Source: Vulcanimicrobiota bacterium
GTDB lineage: Bacteria; Vulcanimicrobiota; Vulcanimicrobiia; Vulcanimicrobiales; Vulcanimicrobiaceae
Direction: 5' to 3'
Length of the DNA: 64,000 nucleotides
NCBI GenBank assembly: GCA_963795855.1
Contig: CAWCIZ010000003.1
Location: 896,001 to 960,000 of the forward strand
Below the pieces are notes generated by a model. That model ran no database searches and had not been told where the DNA came from. It saw only the letters and a list, made by a program, of their open reading frames with translations. Positions within the stretch are counted from its first letter, which is position 1. The number at the start of each line of letters is the position of its first letter. Of the stretch, positions 1-12,202 are shown piece by piece. The translations under genes were made by a program, and so were the position numbers.

Positions 1-31
1 CATACGAAAACGTCGGCCTTTCGTTACCGGC

Positions 32-1651
32 CTAATAGTCGCGCCAGAGCATTGCAGAAATTCTGCCTTGGTCTTGGAAGACGTCGATGACGTCGCCGAT
101 GGAGTCGATCTGCACATTATTGACGACGAGTTGATAAACGAGACGTCTGCCGCTCTTCGTCGTGATGTATCCGCCGAACGCTTGACCTTTGAGAACCATA
201 CCGCCGGAGGCGGCCGCGCCTACGTACGTGCCGGTCTTGGCGTGAACGCGCCCTGCGGCTCCCGCGAGCGTCGGGTCCTTTTCGAAATCTTTGACCGATG
301 CGAGCGAACCGTCGATACCCAGAATGGGCAAGTCCTGATACAGCGTTGCATAGGCTGGACGCCGTTGCATTTCTTGCAGCATCCGCGTTACAGCTCGGCT
401 CCTCGCGGTGGTGTCGCCGCCGCCGCTTCCGTCGACGAAGTGATAGTCGCCGGAGGGGATAGCGAAGTGGTCTGCGAGATTTCTGCGTTCGACGGCGAGC
501 GCAGCCGGCATGCTGTTCGCACCGCGCGTCAGACCGAAGAGCACAAGACTCGTGTCGGCACCGATGTTATAACTGATTTTGAGGACCAACTTCGCGTCTT
601 GCGCGTAGGTCATTCCCCGCAGCATTGCCAGTTGATTCGTTTCGCTATACTTCGGGCCGGGCGGTAACAGCTTCGTCGGGTTCTGTTCTACGGCCGGGGC
701 TTTGACCGTTATGCCGGCCTTGCGCAACGCTTCGACGAAGACCGTGCGCGCGTAGTTCGACGGCTGCGTAACGCGCACGGTTTGCACGAGCGTGCTTCCA
801 CCGGTGAGCGGCGGCGTGAAATCTATCGGCAGCTTGCCTTCGATTCTCGCGGTGCAGCCGGGAACTCCAATGCATCGGGGATACTGCGGATCGATTTTCA
901 GCGTGTCTTTCGATTTCGGGGCGCCGTTGCTCAAATGACTGTCGATTGTAAGCGCGGCGGAAATTGGGCGATGCATGACCGTAGTTTTGGAGCCGACGCG
1001 GCCGCCTGGTGTAATCGTGACATCCACGACGTCATCGTTTACGAAGATCGGCCGGACTTCGAATTGCCCGCGAAAGTCGAACGGTTTGAAGAGCCGATCG
1101 TCGACGATTACGTCGCCGTCGATGCGCGTGACGCCGGCGGCTTTCACCGCACGAGCTAGCCGTTCGTAGCCCGCAAGTGGATTAGGCTTGGTCAGAATTG
1201 CATTGCCGAGGCTGTCTGCTTCGTTGTGATCCCAGTCGCTGACCGCTATCGATCCATCCTGATTCGTGCGGCCCCCCATTGTCAAATCGCCTGAGGCGAC
1301 GACAATCACGTTTCCGTGAAGCACGCCCCCGGCGACGCGACCGCTGCGGTATACCGCGGTGTCGTACCGATGGCCCGGGCCGACCGCGTCGAGTAACTGA
1401 CCGACGCTGAACACTTTACGCACCGAGCCGATGAAGAATCTGCGCTCAGGGTGCACGTCGATGAGCACCTTCGACCCATCGAGCACGCGAAGTCCCCATG
1501 TCGAACCCTTGTACAGAGGTTTGGTCATGATGGATCGGATATCTGCAGGCACGGCAGCGCGCGGAGCCGGCACGCCGGCGATCGTCGTCGCGGTTTTCAA
1601 AACAAGCGCAATCAACGTTGCTGCTGAAATCGAGTATGTTAGTGGCCGCAT
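32..1651 (-). CDS. dacB: D-Ala-D-Ala carboxypeptidase/endopeptidase (peptidase S13, PBP4-like), secreted
   Basis: Signal-peptide-like N-terminus; SxxK (GSVRK), SxN (SYN), DGSG and KTG (HAKTGT) motifs typical of S13. Confidence 0.85.
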   Translation of the reverse strand: MRPLTYSISAATLIALVLKTATTIAGVPAPRAAVPADIRSIMTKPLYKGSTWGLRVLDGSKVLIDVHPERRFFIGSVRKVFSVGQLLDAVGPGHRYDTAVYRSGRVAGGVLHGNVIVVASGDLTMGGRTNQDGSIAVSDWDHNEADSLGNAILTKPNPLAGYERLARAVKAAGVTRIDGDVIVDDRLFKPFDFRGQFEVRPIFVNDDVVDVTITPGGRVGSKTTVMHRPISAALTIDSHLSNGAPKSKDTLKIDPQYPRCIGVPGCTARIEGKLPIDFTPPLTGGSTLVQTVRVTQPSNYARTVFVEALRKAGITVKAPAVEQNPTKLLPPGPKYSETNQLAMLRGMTYAQDAKLVLKISYNIGADTSLVLFGLTRGANSMPAALAVERRNLADHFAIPSGDYHFVDGSGGGDTTARSRAVTRMLQEMQRRPAYATLYQDLPILGIDGSLASVKDFEKDPTLAGAAGRVHAKTGTYVGAAASGGMVLKGQAFGGYITTKSGRRLVYQLVVNNVQIDSIGDVIDVFQDQGRISAMLWRDY

Positions 1652-1709
1652 GAACCCACGTTACAGCCTTTTCCCGTATGGTGCAAACGCATCGATGAGC
1701 GCGATCTTA

Positions 1710-1835
1710 GGGTCCGTAGAGGCAGCCGGTACGAAGGCGCCGCCGAACCTGCTGCGTCTGCGTCTCGGAATTGGGTTGGAAGAGCCGCAACTTCCCATCG
1801 ACGATCTAAACCAAGCGCTAACGGCTGCGGAGTAA
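1710..1835 (+). pseudogene. C-terminal remnant of a PLP-dependent transsulfuration enzyme (MetB/MetC-like)
   Basis: Translates to SVEAAGTKAPPNLLRLRLGIGLEEPQLPIDDLNQAL*, resembling the LxRLSxGxE..DLI.DL.QAL tail; the rest of the gene is absent. Confidence 0.5.
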
Positions 1836-1925
1836 CCTCAGACGGCTCCAACTTTCTATCGAGCGACGAGAGGCGGCTTGAAACCGCACGGCACATTTCA
1901 CAGGGTTCGAGCCTCCTTACTACAG

Positions 1926-2504
1926 ATGCCAAACCAAGACGAACGCCCGGGCGCGCCTCGTTGGGCTGAGGCCGACGTGATACACTCGGCGCGTCTGGGT
2001 GACGCGGCGGCTGCCGAAGCGCTTATCGCAACGATCTGGCCATCCTGCTTCCGGCTTGCCGCAAGCGTCATAGGCGACTGGAATCTAGCCGGCGACGCCG
2101 CACAAGAAGCGTGCATAATCGTGCATCACCGTTTGGGGACCTTACGCGATCTAGCAGCCTTCGACGCATGGGCCTACCAGATCGTTATACGCGAGGCGCG
2201 GCGCGTTGCACGCCGTCACGGCGACCGCCAACTACCGCGGCCGCTGCATAAACTCTCGTTGGATGACACCATCGCGCTCGACGTGTGGCGCGCTCTCGCG
2301 CTATTGACTCCGACGCTGCGCGAGGTGACGGTGCTCTACTACTTCGACGACCTCAAAGGTAACGAGATTGCCGCTGTGCTCGGCATTCCGCATGCCACGG
2401 TCCGCAAACGGCTTACCAGAGCGCGAGAGCGTTTACGCGAACTGCTCGGCGATTATCATCACGACAACCTGAACCACGCGGAGGAACAGCAACATGCACT
2501 CTGA
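1926..2504 (+). CDS. ECF RNA polymerase sigma-70 factor
   Basis: Region 2 (AGDAAQEA...FDAWAYQI) and region 4 HTH (EIAAVLGIPHATVRKRLTRAR); ATG at 1926 chosen over upstream TTG 1878. Confidence 0.9.
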   Translation: MPNQDERPGAPRWAEADVIHSARLGDAAAAEALIATIWPSCFRLAASVIGDWNLAGDAAQEACIIVHHRLGTLRDLAAFDAWAYQIVIREARRVARRHGDRQLPRPLHKLSLDDTIALDVWRALALLTPTLREVTVLYYFDDLKGNEIAAVLGIPHATVRKRLTRARERLRELLGDYHHDNLNHAEEQQHAL

Positions 2505-3564
2505 GTTTTCATCGCATGCCAAGCGAGCGCGAGCACAGCTCCCGGCGCCTGACGCCCCGGTGAGCAGCATCCTAAGCCGCTCCGCGGCGCTCAAAGCAAA
2601 ACAAAAGGTTCGCGCCATCGTCCTTACGTGTGCGATATCGCTAGCAATGGTCGGTACCGCCGCGGCATTCGGAGCGCAAGTTTTCAGCGGCGTGAAACTG
2701 TGGCTTTCCGGCGACAGCGCAACGATCGTCATTCATTCGTTTGCGGTCACGCGGGAACCCACGTTTGCAAATGTGCGCCGGATCGTTTCCAACGCCACTT
2801 TCCCGATCACGCTGCCGGTTGGGTTGCCGCCGGGGACGCACGTCCACATGATTATGTACGCACCGGCGAATCGCCCGAACGTGATAACGATCATGTACCG
2901 AAACGATCACGGGTTGAACGCCGGCTTCAGCATCTTTGACACCAAAGCGATCGCCTCCGGCCCTCCGCCGATTCCGGGATATACTTCGGCGAATGGGGTT
3001 CATTGGACCGTGGGCGCTGAAACGGTATTCGGCGGCACGGAGGCGCGCAAATACCTCAACCTGCCGCGCATCCAATCTGCGATGGCCGCAAGTTCGCCGG
3101 AAAAATCGCTCGCAGCGATCGAGCCGATGCTCTCGAAAGCAACGGTGCTTGGCGCAAACCCCGATCTCGGGCGGATCGCGGCACGGTATGCGCCCGCGAG
3201 CGGGAACGCCGTCGTGTTGGGCTCTTTCTTCGTGAAGTCGATCCCGGCGCTAGCAAAAAGCGGCAAACCGCTTATCGGTTCGAACACGACGCTCCTCACG
3301 CACATTCCGTCCGTAAGCGGTGCGCCTGATTACAAACACGCGACGTTGCAGTTCTCGCGAGACGTCGCGCTTGCGCCGCAGGGTGTTAAGGCGGTAGCAG
3401 CGGTGATGCGGTACGGCCGCATCGCGCCGAACTGCGTGTGCTCGATGGTTGTCGATCGCCAAGCCTCAAACACGTATGACGTTTGGAGCATCCCGAGCGG
3501 GCGTAGCGCAACGAAGTACGCCGTCGACGCACATTCGCTTAAGGTGACTGAATTGACGCAATAG
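2494..3564 (+). CDS. single-TM membrane protein, probable anti-sigma factor
   Basis: Overlaps the ECF stop; short N-terminal segment, one hydrophobic helix (AIVLTCAISLAMVGTAAAFGA), large distal domain. Confidence 0.6.
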   Translation: MHSEFSSHAKRARAQLPAPDAPVSSILSRSAALKAKQKVRAIVLTCAISLAMVGTAAAFGAQVFSGVKLWLSGDSATIVIHSFAVTREPTFANVRRIVSNATFPITLPVGLPPGTHVHMIMYAPANRPNVITIMYRNDHGLNAGFSIFDTKAIASGPPPIPGYTSANGVHWTVGAETVFGGTEARKYLNLPRIQSAMAASSPEKSLAAIEPMLSKATVLGANPDLGRIAARYAPASGNAVVLGSFFVKSIPALAKSGKPLIGSNTTLLTHIPSVSGAPDYKHATLQFSRDVALAPQGVKAVAAVMRYGRIAPNCVCSMVVDRQASNTYDVWSIPSGRSATKYAVDAHSLKVTELTQ

Positions 3565-3715
3565 ATTCATTTCGATGCGCCTCTGCCAAGAACCGGAGCG
3601 GCGGTCAAGAGCGCCCGAAATTGCGAAAGCGCCCTGCGCGAGCAGGGCGTTTCGTAATTTTAACCGTAGTGTGCGCCGGACACCGATCTCTAGCTGTACG
3701 AGAAACGGAGTGCTC

Positions 3716-5820
3716 ATGCATCGCTGTCTCACCGCCCTACTTCTCACCGCGCTTCTCGGCGCCGCCATGCCATTGAACGCGCGGGCATTTGGGATCGAGG
3801 ACGTGCTGGCCGCGCCGTTCGTGGACAATCTCGTCGCCTCTCCCGACGGTACCGTCCTCGTGTGGAAAGTCGATGCAAGCGGCAGGCGCAACCTGTACAC
3901 GAATGCAGGCGGCAGCATCCACGCGCTCACGCACTACGGCGCAGACGACGGCCAAGACATCGACACTCCCGAAATTCTTCCCGGGGACGACGGCGTCGTC
4001 TACCTGCATGGCGGCGTCCAAGACAACGCAGGTGGAGAAAATCCGAACCCGGTACAGCAAGTGCCGCCGCCCGATCGTGCAATTTTCATCGTTTCGATTG
4101 CGGGCGGGGAACCGGTCAAGGTTGCGGACGGCAATGCCGTATTTCTTTCGCCGAAGGGCGATGCCGTTGCGTTCACCACCGTACAGGGCCAACTCGGTGT
4201 CGTCTCGCTGACGAAGAACGCTACGGGTTTCGCGGCCGGCAAACCGGATGTGTTGCCGATTCGCGGCAGCGCTTCCGATGTCGCCTGGTCTCCCGACGGA
4301 GCGAAGATCGCCTTTACGAACTCGCGCGGCGATCACTCTTTCATCGTGATTTACACACCGGCGCAGCATTCGTACGTGTACGCGACGCCGGACTTCACGC
4401 AGGATGCGGCGCCGTCTTGGTCGTCCGATAGTTCGCGCGTTGCGTTCGTCCGTACGCCGGGCGCGATCATCGGTGAAACGGTCTACGACATGGCGACGTT
4501 CGATTCCGGCGGGTCGTCCAGAACGCCATGGTCTATCTGGGTCGCGAACGCGAAGAGCGGCAGCGCGCGAAAGATCTGGACGGCGAACCCCGGTGTGGGT
4601 CACGCGTTCTATCCGACGATGAGCGCGGCGCAGCTGTGGTGGCTGCGCGGCAACACAATCGCTTTCCCGTGGGAGGGCGACGGTTGGCAGCACATTTACG
4701 CGATCTCCGCTGACGGCGGACGCGCGACGCGCCTTACGAGCGGCCAGTTCGAGGTCGAGACGGTGGCGGAGTCGCTCGATAAAACGCATTTGCTGCTTGC
4801 AACGAATGAAGGCGACCTCGATGCGCGCCACATCTGGAGCGTCGGAGTCGATGCCCGGCCGCGTCAGCTTACCCGCGGTCCGAACAATCAATGGTATCCG
4901 ACGCCGGTCGAGCACGGGGGACTTGCGTATGTCGACGCGGGCTATGCCGCGCCGCCCGTGGTGACGATCGCAGGCAATCCCGGAAAAACACTTGTCGCGG
5001 TGCGCACGCCGTCGAACTACCCGCAGACGCAAATGGTGCGTCCTAAACTGATTACCTACAAGGCGCCGGATGGCCTGACGATTCACGCGCAGCTTTCGTG
5101 CCGCACGCAGGCGCGAGGCGAATGCCGGCGATCGTGTTCGATCACGGCGGCCCACCCCGACAGATGCTCGGCGGGTTCCATTATATGGAGCCGTACACGC
5201 ACCTTTACGAGATGAACCAATATCTCGTGAGCAAAGGCTTTGTCGTACTCTCAATCAACTACCGCCTGGGCATCATGTACGGGTACAAGTTCCGGAACCC
5301 GCCGCATGCGGCGTGGCACGGGGGCTCGGAATATCAGGACGTCCTCGCGGGCGCGAAGTGGCTGCAGAGACAGTCAAACGTCGATGCAAACCGCATCGGC
5401 ATTTACGGCTTGTCGTACGGCGGTCTCTTGACGGCACTGGCGCTCGCGCGCAACTCCGACATCTTTAAAGCGGGCGCCGACTTCGCCGGTGTGCACGATT
5501 GGACGACCATGTTTGATCACGATTACGGTCACCCCGTGGGAACACCGGAGCAGCGCCACATCGCGACGATGTCGACGGCCGAGGGCTATCTCAACAAGTG
5601 GAAGTCGCCGGTCTTCATCGAGCAGGGCGACGACGATCGCAACGTACCGTTCTCGCAAGGCGTCGATCTGGCGGCGAAACTGCGAGGGCGCGGCGTGACG
5701 GTGCAGACGCAAGTCTTTCCCGACGAGACGCATGAGAATCAAGTTTGGATGCACTTGGTGGAACAGTATCGGTCAGCCGAAGCTTTCTTGGCAAAGTACC
5801 TGCATCCGGTGCAACCTTGA
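3716..5820 (+). CDS. S9 family peptidase with beta-propeller (frameshift near 5095, probable sequencing error)
   Basis: Signal peptide, WSPDG repeats, HGGP, GLSYGG nucleophile elbow, DDRNV and H motifs; ORFs 3575..5215 and 5098..5820 join with one missing base. Confidence 0.9.
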
Positions 5821-7160
5821 TGCTCGCCACGATTGCGCTTTCCGTCGCGCTGCAAAACGCCGTGCGCGCGAATAAAACCCCGGCCGCCGAGATCGCGGTC
5901 CAGCGGTCCGGCAGACTCATCGTCGATGCCGCCTACGGCATGGCAAATCTTGCTCGCCAAACCCCGGCAACGACACAGACGCAATTCGAGATCGGGTCCG
6001 TCACTAAGCAGTTCACCGCCGCTGCCATCCTGCAGCTCAAAGAACGCGGTAAACTCAAGCTCGGCGATCCGCTCGGCAAGTACGTTCCGGAGTATGCGCG
6101 CGGGAAGAACGTCACGCTGGAGCAACTGCTCTGGCAGGTCAGCGGCATTCCAAATTATACCGAGGTCAATCACTTCGTCCACATCGCGGGCAGCACGCCC
6201 GGCGGAGTCGATCCGGCGATTGCACTCATCGCAAACAAACCGCTGGATTTTACGCCGGGATTGCGGTTTGAGTACAGCAACACGAATTATCTGCTGCTCG
6301 GCGCGGTGGTCGCACGCGTATCCCACATGCCGTGGCAGACGTACATCCGCAAAAATATTTTCGGTCCTGCGGGAATGACGCACAGCGCGTTCATTGAGGA
6401 CGAGTCGCATTTGCCGGCTCTTGCCACCGGCTACCAACGTGGAAAAAGCGGCCGTCCGGAAGTAGCGCCGCCGTTGCGCGGCGCATGGGCGGGTGCCGCG
6501 GGCGGCATCGTTTCAACCGCTGCCGACATGGCAAAGTGGGACGCTGCATTCTTTGGCGGCAGGATTGCCGACGCGCAAGATGTGGCTCTGGCGACGACGC
6601 CGCACCGGCTATCTTCCGGAAAGTCGACTGGTTACGGTTTCGGATGGTTTATCGATGAGGAAGCGGGAGAGCCGCGGATCCAGCACAGCGGCGGCACGTT
6701 CGGGTTTGCGTCGGTGAACGAATACTTTCCGAAGTTTCACGAGTTCGTGATCGTTCTCACCAGCGTAGCGGGACTCGATCCGGCGTTTATCGCCGATCAA
6801 ACGATCGATGCGCTGCACCCCGAGATCGCGGCGGCGGAAGCGAAGCCGGCAAAGGGCGAGGAGCCCGCAATTACCGCGCTGGCACGTCAATGGGTACACC
6901 GCCTGCAGACCGGTGATATCGATAGATCGCAGCTCTCTGCAGCATTTGCCAAGCAGATGTCACCACGCATGGTCGACGATATGAAAACGAGCCTCGCGCC
7001 GCTCGGCGGTGCAACTTCATTCGTCTATCGAGGCAAGACCAAAGTTAACGGCGCTACTGCCTATCATTACAGCGTCGGTTTCAAAGGGGCTCGCCTGGAC
7101 TTAACGCTTGCGATCGATAGTCAAGGCAAAATAGCCGCGCTCGACATGGGAAGCGAGTAA
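5820..7160 (+). CDS. serine hydrolase, beta-lactamase class C/S12 family
   Basis: SVTK, YSN and HSG motifs; start codon overlaps the upstream stop (TGATG). Confidence 0.88.
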   Translation: MLATIALSVALQNAVRANKTPAAEIAVQRSGRLIVDAAYGMANLARQTPATTQTQFEIGSVTKQFTAAAILQLKERGKLKLGDPLGKYVPEYARGKNVTLEQLLWQVSGIPNYTEVNHFVHIAGSTPGGVDPAIALIANKPLDFTPGLRFEYSNTNYLLLGAVVARVSHMPWQTYIRKNIFGPAGMTHSAFIEDESHLPALATGYQRGKSGRPEVAPPLRGAWAGAAGGIVSTAADMAKWDAAFFGGRIADAQDVALATTPHRLSSGKSTGYGFGWFIDEEAGEPRIQHSGGTFGFASVNEYFPKFHEFVIVLTSVAGLDPAFIADQTIDALHPEIAAAEAKPAKGEEPAITALARQWVHRLQTGDIDRSQLSAAFAKQMSPRMVDDMKTSLAPLGGATSFVYRGKTKVNGATAYHYSVGFKGARLDLTLAIDSQGKIAALDMGSE

Positions 7161-7171
7161 GTTCGACGCTT

Positions 7172-9785
7172 TCACTGACAAGGCAGCCACATCGGCCGTC
7201 GGCAGCACAGATCGCGGCACCAAGGATCTCGCATACCGCTTTGTCCTGCGCCATTTTCGAGGGGCGCAGCGACGGTCGCATGCGCTTCGAGTGCCTGCTT
7301 AGCGATAGCGACGATCGCTTCGACGTGTGCGCGAGTCAGTTCATTGAGTTTGGATGACGCCAGTGCCGCGTTTCCTCTATGGACGACATGCCCGAGCGTT
7401 GCCCGCGCAAGTGCCTGCGCGTCGGTTGGTGTGCCGCGCGCCGGCGCCGTCCACATTAGGCCCAGTTGTTTGACGAAGCGCATCTGCAAGTTGCGGCGCA
7501 CGACACCGTCGTGCATTTCGCGCGGCCCCGTGAGTTCGCCGAAGATGCCGGACTCCGCCCAAGTGAAAAGGTCCGTGATGTTCATGGTGGCGCGGCCGGG
7601 GTACTTCGTCTGCAAGTCGTCGATACGCTCGAGCGTAAGCGGCGAGAAGATCTCTCTCAGCGCCTGATCCTGGGTCTGTGCCGCTATCTCTACGACGGGA
7701 ACGTCGTGACGATTAGGCGGATTGTAAAACCAGGTCTGGTTGTTGTCGATTGACGACATCTCCGAGTACGTCGTCCTCGTGAGAACCGCTGCATTGAAGC
7801 GCCATGCCTCGTCGGAGAACAGCCAGCGCTCGAGCAGCTGCCACGCCTGGCGTTCCTGTGCGTATGGCACCGCTGAAAGCGCTGGTTCTTCCTTCGGATC
7901 GCCTTGGGCGCTTCGCGAAAGATATTCCGCGCCTATCGTGTCCGCGGGGCGCGTCGCGCAAAGCGTGTATTGCGCTAGCGGCATGACAAATGCAAGCCGC
8001 GCCTGATCGAAGGGCCTGCCGCGGAACGGAAAGCGTGCGTTGACCGCGTCCATCACGCCGTGCCACATCTTCAACTGCGTGCCGCACCATGCCAGCGGCT
8101 CGTTCGTGAGATCGTACATTTCGATGCGCGGGTCGATCGAATGGCCGTTAGCGAAAGCGGCAGCGTCTTCGTCGGAAGCGAAACGCTGCATCGGATTCGA
8201 CCAGCCCGACGCCCAACGCCGAAGCGTCGGAATTTCTTGCTCGGGCGTTTTTGCACCGGGGATGTACTTGTAACCGTAAGCGATCGCGTAATAGTCGTAC
8301 GGACCGAGCGTGGTTTGTTCGTAATCCCCGTTGCGAGCGCCCTTTGGCCACAGGTTTGCGACCGGCGTGTACTCCATCACGGAGCTTGCGATGCCGTACT
8401 TCTGGGTAAAGGACTTGCTTTGCAACTGCGAAGCGGTATATGCGAGTGAACCCATGAAGTTGTGCTGCAGCCCCATGTCGTGTCCACTCTCGTGCAACAC
8501 GATGGCAAGTTCGAGCTGTTGGTTGAAGGCGTTCTCATTCGCGCTCGTGTCGGGCAGACCGCGTGCCGGCGCAATGAGAAACCGGTAAAGAAAGCCCGAA
8601 GCGGCGCCGCCGGTTGCGTCTACGTTGACTCCGACGTTGATTTCCTCGCCCGTGCGAGGATCCGTCACGAGCAGCGCTTCCGCACCGTACAGTGGCTGCA
8701 CGTTCGCGACCCACCGGACGACGTTGTGCCGGATATCTTCGGGATCCCAACTTGGATCGGCGGGCTGATCCTGCACTTGAATTGCGTTGAGGATGCCGGC
8801 TCGTGCGAAAGTCTCTGTTCCACGCGAGCAGCGCTGCGCGAACCGTGTTGCGGTACTCCTGCGGAATGGTATTGCTCAGGTAATAGACGATGGGGTGCGT
8901 AGCGTTCGACGGGCGCGCCGGATCTTGCGGCGCGAAGTTCCAACGCGTGATGTACTGCACGTTGCGCGTTTCCAAGTTGTCGGTCGTGAAGTCCAAGAGG
9001 CCTTGTTCGAAATATCCGACGCGCGGATCCGCGATACGCGGCATGTAGCCGTCGTGCGGCAGCGCGATGAGGTTGTACGTCATCTGGACCTCGAGGCTGC
9101 GCGCGTCGGGCGAACTATCTATGAGATTCGGTTTTTCGGACCACCACGTTTGCGACACGCGAAGCACGTCGTTTTCCGGGAACGCCTTCGCTTCTTCGAA
9201 GAACGAGCGATCCGTGTCGAGGTGATAGCCATGCAACGGATTGGTAATGACGTTATCGAACGCCGCCGAAAAATTGGCGACGTCCGACAAGAACGGCGTC
9301 GCCGCGACGACGACCGTATCGGCATCCTGCGCGGCTATCGGCACTACGGCGATGACCGATGACGGCATCGATTGCTGCGTATCGAAATCCTGCGCCGTGT
9401 TCGGAACGACGCGCGCATACGTGTTCGGCCAACGGATCACGACTTGGTCGTCCACGCGATCGAATCGTAAGATGCGCGCAGGCGCAACGTACGGCTCGCC
9501 GGGCGCGGGGCCATATCCGCCCAGGCCCGTGGCCGGCACGGACGTTTCTATGAAATCTGCTCCGAGCTGGGTCTTCGCCAGCGCGAAATAGACTTTGCCC
9601 CCTTTTCTTACGATTGGTATCAACCCGGGCAGCACTTGCGCGCCTTTGACGAAATCGGCGTAGGCCGGCGGCGCGGAGTCTTCAGGATTCGGAGACGCAG
9701 ATGTGTTCGCAGCGCGCGCCGGCGTTGCGGCGAAAACAGCAATGCCCGCACATAAAAGCACGGAGCAAATCGGAATCTTCAACAT
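7172..9785 (-). CDS. secreted zinc-dependent metalloprotease (DUF5117/DUF4953-like; frameshift at 8812)
   Basis: Signal peptide; MPRIADPRVGYF; HESGHDMGLQHNF zinc motif; SSVMEY Met-turn; GPYDYYAIAYGY. Confidence 0.85.
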
Positions 9786-9972
9786 AGGCGTGGGCCTCAT
9801 TGTAGGGGCGAAATCTGCCTTTAACGTAGTGCGCCGCGCGCCGCACGGGGAGTGCCTTTGGAACCATCCGGAAGCCTGGCAAAACGCGAGCAATAGAGCG
9901 CTCGATCGCGGAGCGAGCGCGAGGCCAACTCTGCATCGAGGCGAGGGATATACGGTAACGAATCCTCGGCGG

Positions 9973-12202
9973 ATGCGTCTTTTTGCAGTCGGCGCCGTCG
10001 TTGCGCTCACGCTATTAACGCCTGGCGTTGGCCCCAGCGCGGCGGAAAATCCGCTGATGCAACCCAGTACGCTTCCGTTCGGCGCGTTGCCGTTCGACCG
10101 CATCAACGACAGCGATTATTTGCCGGCGATTGAGGCCGGTATGCTGCAGCAAATCAAAGAGGTTGACGCTATCGCGAATAACCCGGCGCGGCCCACTTTC
10201 GATAACACGCTGGTCGCGATGGAGAAATCGGGACGGCTGCTCCATCGCGCGATGGGCGCGTTCACTGTGCAGGTTGAGACCAACAGCGATCCGGCGCTGC
10301 TGCGCGTACGCCAAGCGATCGCGCCGGAGTACGCCGCACATCAAGACGCGATCTACCTCAATCCGAAACTCTTCGCGCGCGTTCAGGCGATTTACGAGAA
10401 CGTCGATCGGCTCAAGCTCGATCCGGAATCGCGCCACCTCGTCGTAACGTATTACCGGCGCTTCCTCCATGCCGGCGCGGATCTTCGCACTGCAAAGCAG
10501 ATGCAGCTGCGGCAAATCAATCAGCGGCTGGCAACGCTGCAGACCGCTTTCGAACGCAAACTCCTTGCCGGGACGGCCGCGGGTGCGCTCATCGTGCGTA
10601 ACAAGAGTCAACTCGCCGGCCTGAGCGACGGTGCCATTGCCGCGGCGCAGCAGGCGGCAACGACAAAGGGCGATCCGGGCGGCTATCTGATTCCGCTGCA
10701 GAATACGACGCAGCAACCGGCGCTCACCCTTCTGCAGGACCGCGCGACACGCCGGGACCTCTTCGAAAATTCATGGACCCGCACCGAGAAGAACGATGCC
10801 GACGACACGCGTTCGACCATCGCGCAGATGGCTAAGCTGCGCGCTGAAAAAGCAGCGTTGCTCGGCTATCCGGATTTTGCAGCGTACCAGCTCACGCAAG
10901 AGATGGCGCAGACGCCGGCGGCCGTTCAGACCTTCCTGCGCGGGCTGATCGGCCCGACGCGCGCCGTGGCTGCGGAAGAAGCCTCGGAGATTCAAGCGCA
11001 GATTGATAAGGACGGCCGGCATTTTCAGCTCGAGCCGTATGACTGGAACTATTATGCGGAGCAGATTCGCAAAGCGAAGTACCACGTCGACGATAACGAA
11101 ATTCGTCCGTATTTCGAATTGAACGATGTGCTGCAGAACGGCCTTTTCTATGCCGCCAATCAGACTCTACGGCATCACGTTCAAAGAGCGCCGGAACATT
11201 CCGGTTTGGCAGCCGGACGTGCGGGTGTTCGAAGTCTTCGACAAGAACGGCGCGCCGCTCGCTTTGATGTACTTCGATTTTTTCAAGCGCGACAATAAAC
11301 AGGGCGGCGCATGGATGAGCTCCTTTGCTGATTACTCGTCGCTGCTCGGCACAAAGCCGGTCGTCTACAACGTCGAGAACATTCCAAAGGGGGCGCCGGG
11401 GCAGCCAACGCTTTTAACGCTCGACAGCGTGAGCGGCATGTTCCATGAATTCGGCCACGCTCTGAACGCGTTTTTCGCCGACGAAAAATATCCGACGCTC
11501 TCCGGCACCGCGAAACCACGTGACTTCGTGGAATTCCCGTCCCAATTCAACGAGCATTGGGCGCTTTATCCCTCGGTACTCCGGCATTATGCCTTCAACT
11601 ACGAGACGCACGCGCCGATGCCGCAAGCGCTTGTGGACAAGATGGAGCGCGCCGCGAAACTCAATGAAGGGTATTCGATGGGTGAGAGCTTGGCGGCCGA
11701 CGAGCTCGACTTGGCGTGGCATTCCCTGCCGGCCGGTGCTCCGGTGCAAGATGTCGACGCCTTTGAAACGCACGCGCTCAGCTCGTCGGGCACGGATTTC
11801 CGCGACGTTCCGCCGCGCTATCGTTCCACGTACTTCGCGCATATTTGGGCAAGCGGTTATGCCGCAGGCTACTACGCGTATATGTGGAGCGAAATGCTCG
11901 ACGACGACGCGTACCAATGGTTCCTCGACCACGGCGGACTTACGCGCGCAAACGGGCAGCGCTTCCGCGATATGATACTCTCGCGCGGAGATTCGCAGGA
12001 CTACGCTCCGATGTTTCGCGCATTCTACGGCAAAGATCCGGATGTTGGTCCGCTGCTGAAATTCCGGGGTTTGCCTTCGCGAACGGCGCACACGCTCGGC
12101 GGAATGGCCTATCCGGTGCTGCCCAAGCCCGCGATCTTACCGCTCGGGTCGAGCACGAACTGCCACGTCAGCGTTTGCCCGCCCGAGAATGTTACGTTGT
12201 AA
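9973..12202 (+). CDS. dcp: M3 family metallopeptidase, peptidyl-dipeptidase Dcp-like (frameshift at 11164)
   Basis: Signal peptide; KQGGAWM, FHEFGHAL, DFVEFPSQ, GYAAGYYAYMWSE; the 3' end overlaps the convergent gene so the true stop is uncertain. Confidence 0.88.
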
